DNA from: Laetmonice hystrix
Lineage: Eukaryota
Length of the DNA stretch: 64,000 nucleotides
Direction: 5' to 3'
Assembly (NCBI GenBank): GCA_965235115.1
Contig: OZ249441.1
Span: 16,182,001-16,246,000, forward strand
A program made the translations under genes and the position numbers. Shown one piece after another: positions 28,601 to 40,060 of this stretch (positions are counted from its first letter, which is position 1; each line of letters opens with the position of its first letter). Below the pieces are notes generated by a model. The model searched no databases and was not told the DNA's origin. It worked only from the letters and a program-made list of their open reading frames with translations.

Positions 28601-28840
28601 GAAAGAAAACACAACAAAAACTAGGAGACAGCTGTAGCGTCATTGGACGGAAGGCCTGCTCATGGAATGCCTTCAAAAACCCTTGAACATTACCTTTCAT
28701 TGTTGCGAGACAAATGCAAGATAATTCTAAACTTCATTAGAAATAACTCGTGCATCTGTCACAACAATAACATTAGGAAGGTTCTCAAAACTCACTGACT
28801 GTGACCGAATAAAACCTATTCAATGTACAAGAACTCACTG

Positions 28841-29985
28841 TTAACTTAATGGTCTTGCAAATGAGGAAGATACATTGACATTTTCTGACAATAAAAATAT
28901 CAATTGTACCGGTGTCTTCTTCAGTTCCAATATGTCTTTTATGCACATTTCAAAATTTGAAACCACTCTTCCACACACATCCCAGAAAACACACCAGAAA
29001 AAAGTGATGTGCTGTCTGTGCTTCGGCATGCACCACTCCATGAAGTTATCCCTAAATGATGCAAACTGCCTCCAAGCGGTGAAAGATTCGCTAACATTTC
29101 ACCGCCACAAACGTTCTCTATTGGCTTGCTTTGAGGCCGGCCGATAGAAAACGGGAATTCAGTGATCCGGAACACAAAGTAAATCAGCATGCCATTGTTT
29201 GGTCGGCGAGTAGATGAGGCCTGGTGCTGGCCCTGGGTGGCCGGCTCAGACACTGTCGATCCTCACTCCACTCAATCCCCGTCCTACCAGCATGAACCCT
29301 AGTCCTGGCAGCCTTCTTTGGATCCTTGTCTTTCTGCCCAATCAGTCTTGGAGTGGATCCATCATGGTTTGGTCAAACCCTTCAAGTCGTATTCTGGCAG
29401 GGATAAACCAGAATCACCCCAACCTTCCTTCCACTATCACAAATGACTGGTAAGAAAAAGCCTTCCTGAGCCCCATTGTAATCTTGGAGAAGGCCAGGGG
29501 CTTTCCCTGATGCAATTTACTTGGTTACATTTCAGTTGGCACGATTCTATTTTCATGCCGGATTCCTTGGGTCACAAAAGGTTGAGGTCCGCTGGCCTTT
29601 GTATTGTCGGATCCCTTATTGTAGTGCTGAAGTCATATGGCATTTTCTGGTAAGACATAGTGCTATGTGATTGGTGGCACAACCTTGGCTGGCCAAGACT
29701 CGGACGTGGCCTGGCTTCCTAAAGGCCACCAAGCCCGGGTCAGAAGGCCACTTGCGCATTCCACCCAGAAAAAAAATAAACTGACGTCCGCTTGCCCGCA
29801 ACCATAATGAAATGCATATAGAGAGCGGCGGCCAATAGCCGTGTTATGGGCTTGATATTGAGCCTATAGGCAGTGGTATATTGAAATATCAATAGTCGTG
29901 TTTTCTGGTCAGCCAGACCCAGATCTGATCGTTTTTGTGGCGATGCCTGAGAATGGATGAGAGAGGGTATGTACCTGACCTCCAT
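28841..29985 (-). mobile_element. Degraded DIRS/Ngaro-type retroelement remnant (end of RNase H plus full-length tyrosine recombinase, frameshifted)
   Basis: Successive minus-strand fragments read VRYIPS (cf. RNase H end ARHIPG), GLADQKT...YRLNIKPIT...ALYMHF (YR N-terminus), RDPT, LAF...LRK..FLP (catalytic R region), WIHSKTD (cf. SKTD), LHHLGI..SWSGA (cf. LG...HSFR.GGA) and TPVQLIFLL (cf. VPVELIK.LG.W). The order and the span of about 1.1 kb fit a YR ORF. Confidence 0.5.
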
Positions 29986-30677
29986 ACGTCAAGGGTCGCT
30001 CTCCACTTTACAGTCTCAAATTGGAGGAATCGGAAAGGGAGATTTCTCAGGGTGGAGAATTCGTCTCAGACTCTGCCTTTCTTTATGCTCTGCCTGGGTG
30101 TATAATTATGTGTTCTGACCTCGCCATGCAATATATCTTACCTGATAATACAGGCAAGTCCTTACAACTACAACGGCCTTCATACCTCATCTCACTTCTT
30201 GAATTTTGCTGGTCATACATACGAGATAAGACTTTGAAAAGTGTACAATCAATTCTACGTAAATAGCAAGAGCCACCTTACCACTGTTCACTAGGAGATC
30301 TAGACTTTTTAACTTTCTGACACATTGTTACTATATTGATAATAATTCCCGTCGTTATATCTCTGGCCCACACAGCAGTGTCTGACCACGGAGCAAGAAT
30401 CAATAGCGATTCCTGTTGTGACTTGCAGCCGCTAGATGTCTCTGAGGGTTGTATCCGCTACCTTCTACAGTGTATTCATTCATCGCTGTATGGGTTCTTT
30501 AAAAACTTTACGTCAGCAATGGCCAACAGGAGCATAACAGGAGCAGGTAAGAATACCAAGAATGCCATACTGAATACAAAATCCATACATTCAAGCCACG
30601 GCGACGCCAGAACTCATTACTGAATCACAATTATCTTTTAGTGGAGGTAAAAATAAACGGTTTAAGATAACACTCAC

Positions 30678-30892
30678 ATGCATCAATGAAGCTATATTCG
30701 CCCTGGAAGCCCTTCTCATGTTTGGTCTTGTCAGTATAGAAGCCAAGGATAAAGACGTTTCCCATGGAGATGAGAAGATGAGGGAGTAGGTCCATGTCGT
30801 TGCCACAGTAACGGCCATGGAGGGGTACGTCGAGTAGCTCCTGGTCCGGGCTGCGCACCTGGGTGTACATGTCCACATAGTCGTGCACGCAC
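30678..30892 (-). CDS. Internal coding exon of a multi-CUB-domain protein (C-terminal half of a CUB domain)
   Basis: Translates as CVHDYVDMYTQVRSPDQELLDVPLHGRYCGNDMDLLPHLLISMGNVFILGFYTDKTKHEKGFQGEYSFIDA, with the CUB hallmarks C-x2-DYV, GRYCG, F-x-TD and GF-x-x-x-Y. It is flanked by acceptor atttccag and donor gtgagt. Length 215 nt, phase 2 in and phase 1 out. Confidence 0.9.
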
Positions 30893-30982
30893 CTGGAAAT
30901 ATACAACAAATCTTCCTGGTCACAAACATGTCGTGCACGCACCTGGAAATATACAACAAATCTTCCTGGTCACAAACATGTC
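30880..30982. repeat. Perfect 50-bp tandem duplication spanning the CUB exon splice acceptor
   Basis: gtcgtgcacgcacctggaaatatacaacaaatcttcctggtcacaaacat occurs at 30880 and 30930. Confidence 0.95.
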
Positions 30983-31128
30983 TCAGACATACCTCAAATA
31001 TTGGCTGCTCGACACAAAAATCAGTTCCGCTGCAATCAAACCAAACCCACGCCACATCCAAGTTTCATTCCAACGGATCATTCATTTTTCAACCTATATC
31101 GCCAATGCCGATTTGAGGGAATGTAATT

Positions 31129-31425
31129 CCGCCGGACCTGGATTCCTTGGTTATGAGATCCTAGGTCATCAATGTCGTGGTATATGTCAATACAATTCCA
31201 AATGCATTAGGGTTAAGGTTATGATTAGGGATAGGATTGTGAAGAAATATTTAAATAATGCAACATCACGGACTGAAGTCCCAGGAATACAGGTCCGTCG
31301 GACTTCAGGGACAGCAGCTCCGCCGGACTTCAGGGACAGCAGGTCCGACGGACTTCAGGGACAGCAGGTCCGACGGACTTCAGGGACAGCAGGTCCGTCG
31401 GACTTCAGGGACAGCAGGTCCGTCG
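31129..31425. mobile_element. Small hairpin/MITE-like element followed by about 5 copies of a 25-bp repeat derived from its right end
   Basis: Inverted repeats ccgccggacctggattccttgg (31129-31150) and ccaggaatacaggtccgtcgg (31281-31301) enclose a core containing a tagggttaaggtt-like tract; the 25-bp unit caggtccg(a/t)cggacttcagggacag follows. Confidence 0.55.
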
Positions 31426-34400
31426 CACCTGTATTTCAGTTAGACTTGAATTCCTTTCACACCGGTTCCAAATTACTAGCCATCGTATTGTTGTGTCATA
31501 ACACTGCACCCCCTGAAATTCAAATCAATTAAAAAATATTCCATGACTTTTCGATACAAACAACTCCCACTCCAACTTATATTCCCACTAGTATCTGTAC
31601 ATTGACTGCAGCCCCACCTGCCGGAGGCCATGTTTGTGAGTCGTACAACCCTCCTGGTCATGTAGAGGGCTGCAGGTTTCATGGCACTGTGCAGCAGTAT
31701 CGTGGTCATCTAACACAAACCCTCAAGGTGTTTGGTTCTTTGGACGGTGTAGCCAAATGTTCCATCCAAACACAGAGACAGCTTTATGAAACGCAATAAG
31801 AAACCTGGACTGTGCATAAATGGGTCTATTGTTTTAACTTTGACTGCATGGAGAAATACTCGTCCGAGTCTGACTGATTAGTCTCGACGAGCGCATGTAT
31901 TACAGTGCACCTCGTCCATAGTGAAATACTTCAATCTGAAATCATGTTTTACGTCGCTGATAGCAATCTGCATGTTTCATGTCTGAACGCTTTGAACGCT
32001 GCTCTTGATTTTAATAGAACGACATGGCCATTACAAGGAACGGTTCTGAGCTAGGCAGCAATGAACTACGGCAGTAGTAATGCAGTATAAGAATTGCCCA
32101 TGAAGTCCTAATATTAATATGAGCAGCTTGAATATGCATGCACTCTTAGATTTCAAAGGGACTATAACGTTTTGATCATATATATGTTGTAGCTGGCCTA
32201 CATTTCCTTGTGGCATAAAATAATGACTTTTCACCTCCCCAACTCCTCTAGTATCAAGGCACCACAACCATCATCAACCCCATCACGACTATCAAATATA
32301 TGCTATACAACATAAACCCGATAGCCCTGTATCCCGCCTCAGCCAACCATGCACAATGTATCCTTTTTCCCCCCATACGAAGTCTACCGTTACCCCGCTG
32401 TTTATTTGTTATTCAGCAGAGCCAGCGCAGCATATTGTCCGCTACATTACAATGTCTCTGGTAACACTATTGAAGCCACTGGTGACGTCTCGTGACGGCT
32501 TCCATGACGACCTTTGACGTCCCTGATGAAGTCTCTAGACTGTTGTCTACGGCCAGACCGACCGTTCCCTATATCCTCTATACATGAGCGTTTCTCAATA
32601 GCACCTAGCCAAGAGAGGCAGCCTTCATACCAAATAACACCAGCCTCCGGGACACAGGAGAGTTTGGCTTTTGTTGCAGCCAGATAGGCTGCAAGGAGCC
32701 TGAGCAGTACGGTGCGCCCAGTGTGTGACACGTGCCGGTAGGCCGGGCAGCCGGTACGTGATATTGGCCATGATTACAATGGTAGCGACAATAGCTACAG
32801 GCGGCCGGTCACCTCCCGTACAGCCGGCTACGTGGGGCAGACGTCCCGCTCTTCGCTGACATCATCACATCTTCTTATGCACTGCCTCCAGGAAGCTGGA
32901 CTCGATCTCTCCAATCATCCCATGTCTGGTCGGATAACTAGGGTACGTAAGACCTGGAGAACAGGTGCGACTCAACCTGCAGGCCCCAGGGATTTCATGG
33001 ATTCAAGTCAAACCCAACTTATCCAATCTGTTAACCACACTGAAATCTTCATCATTTCCAACGCTGATGCCAACGTCATTCAGAAAAAAAGGGCGTATTT
33101 CCATACAAACTGGTTGTTAATAGCCACTTAGGTAGCCTGTTTAGTATCCATTGTTTTAGTGAACCACTGAGTGGAAGCTATGCTGTGGGTGGTCCATCCC
33201 CTACAATGCCCAAATAGATCTTGGGAAGGGAACCCATGCCTCAGTTCACACCACTACCTCCTATTTCTATGTGGTTTCAAGATGAACGTCATATTGTGAA
33301 CATTCCATTATTTATCACTGGAAGCTGTCTCCTGAATCTACAAAACGTTTCCAGCCGTTGGGTATCTTCCTCTCCCTCCACCTACAATCTCCATCCATTT
33401 TTGACATTAACCCTTTATCATAATTCATACAGTAATCCATTGTGAATTTTTACAAACAATATTTTACATTAAAAACGTCGTGATATTCTCTAAAAATCCG
33501 AGTCTAGATTGATATCCCTCTTGTGAAACATGGGCTATTTTTGGCTCTCAGCAAAAGCCGATGAAATCTCTTGTTCGAAAGCCACTCTTTGTGCCTGGAA
33601 TGATAATGGGCTTATAATAATGCTAAAATGTCTGTGATCTATATAGAGGAATACAATGAGCAGCTTTACATATGAGGTGTTAAGAAAACAAAGCCTGATA
33701 TATGCTAGTGACTCTGGTTTCACCAGCAGAACGGCCCGCCTCCCACGTGGCCAGAATCTCACGACTTGAGCCATCGAGATAAGTAACTAGGACAAATATC
33801 ATCCGAGAGCTTCGACTCAAACCGACGTGATTTTTACGTTTTTGTTGGCAACGACTGTAAGCTCTTAGATTGAGAACCGTTCGTGTTTTCTGTCTCATTG
33901 CGTCTCATTAATAACAAATGATGATGTGTGACAACTTCATTACATCATTTGGTGTTTTTCAAGTATTTCTCATATTAATTCTCTTTCAAGTGTCATTGCT
34001 AAGAATTACATTGCAAACCGATAAAAACCGCCAAGGATTGCTTTGACAAATATTCATTACTTTTTAGGTAAAGTTTTATATCTACATTTACAAACATCAT
34101 TTACTGATTTAGCAGAAAAAAAAGAGCTGGGTATAATTAAACGTGCAAATGAAAAATGCTGATTCTGGCACTATTTCGCGTTGATTACACATACAATACT
34201 ACAGAGATTGCATTCAATCATAATAACTTTTTTCCCCAGTCGGAAATTGATTTACATATAAGAACAATTCATGATAATTTTCGGAGCCAAATTTCGCCGC
34301 ATACTTTCTACCCTGCTTAGACTGAATTCATGAGGTTTACTCCAAGGTTTACCTATATCTTTTTACCACCAATTCTAACTACACCGACTGTTAATCAAGG

Positions 34401-34625
34401 AAAAGTTCAGACATAAACGACAACTGCTCCTAAGATCTTCAATCCGACAGTCCCTGATGGAGTACCTGACTGGACTGGAACCAAGATTTTGGGTACTTGT
34501 CAGCTGAATCCATCTGTAGGCATCTATCATGGGCAGCCATGCAGACAGACAGACCAGACAACTGCCACGTGGTGACAAATGGTAACAGATTTATAACAGG
34601 AACTCAAGGCAACACGCCGTACACG

Positions 34626-34760
34626 TCAGTCAACTGGGTAACCATTTATAATCTGGGGGGGGGGGTTGTTCCCAATGTGGGAGTGTTGGAAGGTGACATT
34701 CAGCTTGTTAAAATGGTCAATGATCCAGTGGTTGGGCGGATGACCGAAACTGGTAATCTG
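34626..34760 (-). mobile_element. Possible L2/CR1-type LINE RT remnant (domains 6-7)
   Basis: HWIIDHFNKLNVTFQHSHIGNNPPPQIINGYPVD resembles W..DN.L.LNV.KTK......P..ING..VE. Confidence 0.3.
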
Positions 34761-34771
34761 TGTTTTAGTGT

Positions 34772-35722
34772 ACAAGTATTCTGTCAACCACCAATGGTCT
34801 AGCCCATAACATCTAGACGTGAAGCTTGTAACCTGTGCTATATTGCACAAGCATTCTGTCTGGCACCAATGGTCTAGCCCATAACATCTAGACGTGAAGC
34901 TTGTAACCTGTGCTATATTGCACAAGCATTCTGTCTGGCACCAATGGTCTAGCCCATAACATCTAGACGTGAAGCTTGTAACCTGTGCTATATTGCACAA
35001 GCATTCTGTCTGGCACCAATGGTCTAGCCCATAACATCTAGACGTGAAGCTTGTAACCTGTGCTATATTGCACAAGCATTCTGTCTGGCACCAATGGTCT
35101 AGCCCATAACATCTAGACGTGAAGCTTGTAACCTGTGCTATATTGCACAGGCCTTCTGTCTGGCACCAATGGTCTAGCCCATAACATCTAGGCGTGAAGC
35201 TTGTAACCTGTGCTATATTGCACAAGCCTTCTGTCAAGCACCAATGGTCTAGCCCATAACATCTAGACGTGAAGCTGGTAACCTGTGCTATATTGCACAA
35301 GCATTCTGTCTGGCACCAATGGTCTAGCCAATAACATCTAGACGTGAAGCTTGTAACCTGTGCTATATTGCACAAGCATTCTGTCTGGCACCAATGGTCT
35401 AGCCCATAACATCTAGACGTGAAGCTGGTAACCTGTGCTATATTGCACAAGCCTTCTGTCAACCACCAATGGTCTAGCCCATAACATCTAGACGTGAAGC
35501 TAGTAACCTGTGCTATATTGCACAAGCCTTCTGTCTGGCACCAATGGTCTAGCCCATAACATCTAGACGTGAAGCTGGTAACCTGTGCTATATTGCACAA
35601 GCCTTCTGTCTGGCACCAATGGTCTAGCCCAGAACATCTAGACGTGAAGCTAGTAACCTGTGCTATATTGCACAAGCCTTCTGTCAAGCACCTGTAGCCC
35701 AAGTCTAGACGTGAAGCTGGTA
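34772..35722. repeat. Tandem minisatellite, 75-bp unit, about 12.5 copies
   Basis: Unit caccaatggtctagcccataacatctagacgtgaagcttgtaacctgtgctatattgcacaagcattctgtctgg; it accounts for the 374-aa repetitive ORF. Confidence 0.96.
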
Positions 35723-38148
35723 GCATGTGCTTTAGTCCATGGTCCAGCACGCAAAAAGAGACCTTTTACAAAACTGAAATCTACGAACAACTATAACTGG
35801 ACTTGATTTCAATCGATCGTCCACTTCATTCTCTCCTCCGAGCGGAAAGCTTTCCGCTGAAATTTTAAGGAGGTCGTTACTAAGATATCCGAAGATTCCT
35901 ATTTGAAATTACAATCACTTGGGAGCTGAACCTTTTACCGAGGGCGTGTAACCTCTTGGAATTATGTCACAAAATTAAGTAAGGTGTTTTATTGATTAAT
36001 GTTCGGAAATCCGGCCCAATGATCAGGTCCTGATCTGACGTCCACCCCGTTTCGATGCAGGCGTAGGGTGAACCCCGTTCACGTAACCTCCGACAGTAAC
36101 CATGCACAGATTTGGTTTTCAAATCCCATGTTTTCATTGGCGGGCGGGTAGCATCGGGTAACATTCATGTTGCGCTCCTGATCAGAATACCTGATAGATT
36201 CACCATCTGGAGACATGCTCCGTGCCCTACGGCTGGAGTTGACGCCGCCTGCCCGGGTAGGTGCTCATCTCCATTCTCAATATGCACAATTAGCCGTCCC
36301 TTCAGATGTGGCTGACTGGTGAGTGACCTGGCAAGGGGTGCCCCTCTGGCCCGGACCACACGGCTCCCACGGCCCGGACCACACGGCTCCCACGGCCCGC
36401 CACCGTCACCGCCACCTCCCTCACAGTCACGTTAATGGCATCTTTAGTGCAGAAGTCCAGAAAGAGCTGCCATGGCGTGGCCACTAACTGGTACCGATTC
36501 TATTTAACATGGCCTGGCGGAGGGCCTCGGGAGGCGAGGCCTAACCCATTTAGCATTGATTGGTGAGACCGGATGAGCCCACAACAGTGCTGAGTTGACC
36601 ATCGGCTGGTGATGGATACAGGCCACCATCAACCGTGGTACGACGCTGCAAACAGGCCGATAGCATGTCACGGCGCTGATAAGTGACTGTCCTCACCAAT
36701 TACAAAATGTCATCCCCCCAACTCCAGTCAGATCTAGTTCTCATTTAATCCTAATGATGGCTTCACATCCCTGGCTCATTTCTATACCATCATCAAGTTG
36801 TTCAGCAAGTTTCATGCTTATTCCACGGTGAAAGAGTTTTACAGCTCTCGGTTCGTACTGCCTTCTAATCAAATTTAATTTCATATCTATGTGATATTTG
36901 GATATCTGGGTTGACTGGTAGAAATATGAGTATACCGACAAGCGCATGTAAATTTACTAAACTATATCATGAGCAATCACAACGATACCAAAGCTACGCT
37001 TGCGATGAGCCAATAATCAATTCTTTCAGTTTGGGCTTGCAATAAATGCTACACGTGAGAGATTAATTTAGAATACCTGAATCTGTGGTTTCATTTTCTT
37101 TAATTCAATTGCGGCAAAATCTATGTAGTCAGCCTTTGTGTCTTATAAGGAACTATACATACTTAATTAGCAAGGCTCTTAGATACATTACTACGAGTAT
37201 ATCTCATCCTAATGACAACCGCAGTAGTACCAGTCCTTGAAAGGAGACATATTTACCACCACTACTAATCTCTTTTACTTTCTTTACAAGAAAAAGGTAA
37301 GTTCTGTGATATCCACGTTAACAATAACAGGATATTAAGAGAATTAAGAGTCGTTCCTACCGATTCCCTATTACACTCAACACTATCCTATTATCCTTCA
37401 CAGTCAGAGTATATTTTTCCTTCGTTAATTACCACCTTAGGAATCTTTCCAGACATATTCAACAACATCCCGCCGGCTTCTCTCTTTCTATACAGAAACA
37501 CTATTAAAGTACAAGTGATAAAGTTATCAGCTCTTTATGATAAAGCGCTGCTGTACGAACCGAGTGCAGACATGGGGGTTAATCATATTTCATTCAATTA
37601 TCATCTGTTGTTGGGCGTGATGCAGAGCTGCTCTATGACACTATCACACTGTTCACGGATAGCGATGGCAGCCCCAGATTGCTGCAAGCCGAGGACGATG
37701 ACCCATCGCTCTACAGATAGGTCGCATTACTTGATGATGAATGTTCCATGTCGCCATTTTTTTCCTCTAAATTCCCATTTTTTTTAACTCATGCCTGTGC
37801 ACCCTCGATCACATTTGTAATTCCTTATTCCGAAACTAATTATAGATTAGTCGCCGCGGTCCAACATCAGAAATATTAACCCATACGGTACCCTTACCCG
37901 CATTGAGCGTTCTGCGGTCTAAACTTTACCAACCGTACAACCAACCTTTACCTTCCTAGAACACCTGTGCACATTTTTGGTGAAACGACATATTGTATTA
38001 AGTCAGTCTCGATCGACACTATACTGTCACGGTAGGAGATCTCAAAACGACATATTGTATTAAGTCAGTCTAGATCGACACTATACTGTCAGGGTAGGAG
38101 ATCTCAAAACGACATATTGTATTAAGTCAGTCTAAATCGACACTATAC

Positions 38149-38442
38149 CAATCTAATTAAAATCAGATCTTGGTATTCCGCGTCTTCCTCGGCTGTGTCA
38201 GTGCTGCCTGCGCTCCATACCTAGATCTAAGGACATCCCATTAGGGGTCACGTCAGGTTGACCTCTGGATTCAGCCAATCAGCGAGTCGCCTACGAAATC
38301 TTTGGTGTGCGCTCGTAGGCATTTTCAACGGCACACTGGAATCTGGGTCAAAGGGCAGCCTGAGGTGACCCCATACGGGATGCCGTTAGATCCTAGTATG
38401 GAGCGCACGCCAAATAACTAAGATCTAATTTTAATTAGATTG
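38149..38442. mobile_element. 294-bp foldback MITE with a 9-bp TSD (Mutator/MULE-like by TSD length)
   Basis: Terminal IR caatctaattaaaa/ttttaattagattg extends imperfectly inward (gcgctccatac...ggggtcac.tcagg). The exact target duplication ACACTATAC lies at 38140-38148 and 38443-38451. Confidence 0.9.
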
Positions 38443-38552
38443 ACACTATACTGTCCCGGTAGGAGATCTCAAAACGACATATTGTATTAAGTCAGTCTAG
38501 ATCGACACTATACTATCACGGTAGGAGATCTCAAAACGACAGATTATATTAA

Positions 38553-39125
38553 AGGGAAATGTGAGTGTTCGAATCCACCACTAGAATTTTCAAAATATTT
38601 TTATAGGGGATAGCCTTTGTCCTTAGGAGTACAAAGAAACAAAAAAAATCATATGTCACCGAATTAGATTTTTTTATACAGGCCTCCGTAAAAAATGGGT
38701 CTTTACTATAGGTTTCAATGGGAAAAACAGGATTTTTCAGACATTTTGACTAATAGTTAAAAAATGACCACCAATTTTCTCCTGAAACTCGGTGACAAGA
38801 TAAAGTGGATCAAGACTAATAGTTTAAAAGAAAAAAGATTGGGGGTCACCGAATCAACAAAAAAGTTACAGCCTGCCAAACAGTCAGTGCCATGGTAAAA
38901 CGCGGGTCTTAACTATAGCATTCAATGGAGTAGACAGGTTCTAGTACACAGTTTGGTTCATTGTTTAAAAAAATACTACTGATTTCCAGATCAAACTAGT
39001 TGACTGCATAAATAAGCCAAACAGTTTTCTTTTAAAGCTCACTACGCGGCGCTTTGAATACTCACATTTCCCCCGTGGTACCAACGCGGCTCACTAGGTG
39101 GCGCTTTGAACACTCACATTTCCCT
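38553..39125. mobile_element. 573-bp non-autonomous Kolobok-like DNA transposon
   Basis: TTAA TSDs at 38549-38552 and 39126-39129; perfect 18-bp TIR agggaaatgtgagtgttc. AG...CT termini after TTAA fit Kolobok rather than the CC...GG termini of piggyBac. Confidence 0.85.
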
Positions 39126-39566
39126 TTAAGTCAGTCTAGAACGACACTTTTCTGTCACGGTAGGAGATCTCAAAAAGACAGGGAAACCTATCAGAGCTGA
39201 ACAATAGCGGCGGAAAGCAACATTCTGTTTATAATAGCGACTTTTTTCAATAAAGGAAATAAAAGAGTATTATGCCCATTCTTAATCAAAACGGTAGAGA
39301 TAAACAAGAACTACTTCTTTTCCTGAAATGTTAGCTTAAAACGTTTCATACCATATCCACCAAAAAATGTCTGTTTATCTGGTATTAAACCACAGCATTC
39401 AACTTGAATAAACGTCAATTTCCGCTTAGCCACCTTGACAACATATGTTCTGGTTGATAAGGAATTCAAACCATAGAATACCACGATATGTTTTTATGTT
39501 CCTGCATCCTTGGTAATACGTAACACTGAAAACACCAATACCGTGTAAGTTGTCAGTTAAAGCTGT

Positions 39567-39694
39567 CGTTTCACTAAGACTGTACGAGCTCGTATATGGC
39601 CTTATAGCTCGCAAACAAGAAAAAAACTCGTACATTTTGCTATTATGATCTATAGAAAATACGAGCTCGTAAAATAGGGGTGTTTAGTGAAACG
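39567..39694. mobile_element. Short palindromic MITE-like element
   Basis: 11-bp IR cgtttcactaa/ttagtgaaacg with the palindrome tacgagctcgta just inside each end; no TSD is visible. Confidence 0.55.
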
Positions 39695-39934
39695 GTCCCC
39701 TGGCGTCTCCAGGAGGTACATGACCTGGAGGAGAACGTTCTCCACCAGTTCTTGGTTCCCTGCCCCCATGGACTCCACCAGCACCCGGAGCAAGGGTGGG
39801 GTGGAGGGGTGGGGGTGGAGTCCTGGTAAGAATATCTAAACACCAAGCCTGAACCACACCACCCACCCACCAATCAAACCGACCAATCATAGCTGACACC
39901 AATGATGACAGATAAACCAATAAAAAGCATTACA

Positions 39935-40060
39935 CAGAACACACCATGGCTACTTCCGAGTGCGATTAAAGACTGGCGTCCTGTGACTCATTGAATACTG
40001 TCACAATGAACACCACTGCCGGCTTAGGGACACGGTTTACTACAATCTCACCCATTGCTG
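39935..40060 (+). mobile_element. Possible 3' end remnant of a CR1/L2-type LINE ORF2
   Basis: TQNTPWLLPSAIKDWRPVTH resembles the C-terminal RT..YK.SFFP..IKDWN.LP motif. Confidence 0.3.

Larger units (their letters stand above)
9224..30677 (-). other. Inferred 21,454-bp GT-AG intron of the CUB gene
   Basis: The two exons are phase-compatible and join into a continuous CUB-to-CUB sequence; I saw no other CUB-like exon between them. Confidence 0.75.
37983..39180. repeat. 62-bp minisatellite interrupted by two transposon insertions
   Basis: Unit aaacgacatattgtattaagtcagtctagatcgacactatactgtcacggtaggagatctca; the repeat resumes in register after each insertion. Confidence 0.9.

Noticed and set aside
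30933-31532. 199-aa plus-strand ORF
   Set aside because: It runs through the 50-bp duplication, the hairpin element and the 25-bp repeats, so it is a mosaic of non-coding repeats.
34390-34520. VQSGTPSGTV as LINE RT domain 4 (SGVPQG)
   Set aside because: It lies downstream of the domain 6-7-like segment on the same strand, the wrong order for a single RT, and the match is short.
34626-35750. 374-aa Cys-rich repetitive ORF as a real protein
   Set aside because: It is a by-product of a 75-bp (25-codon) satellite lacking a stop in one frame; there is no signal peptide, splice context or recognisable domain.
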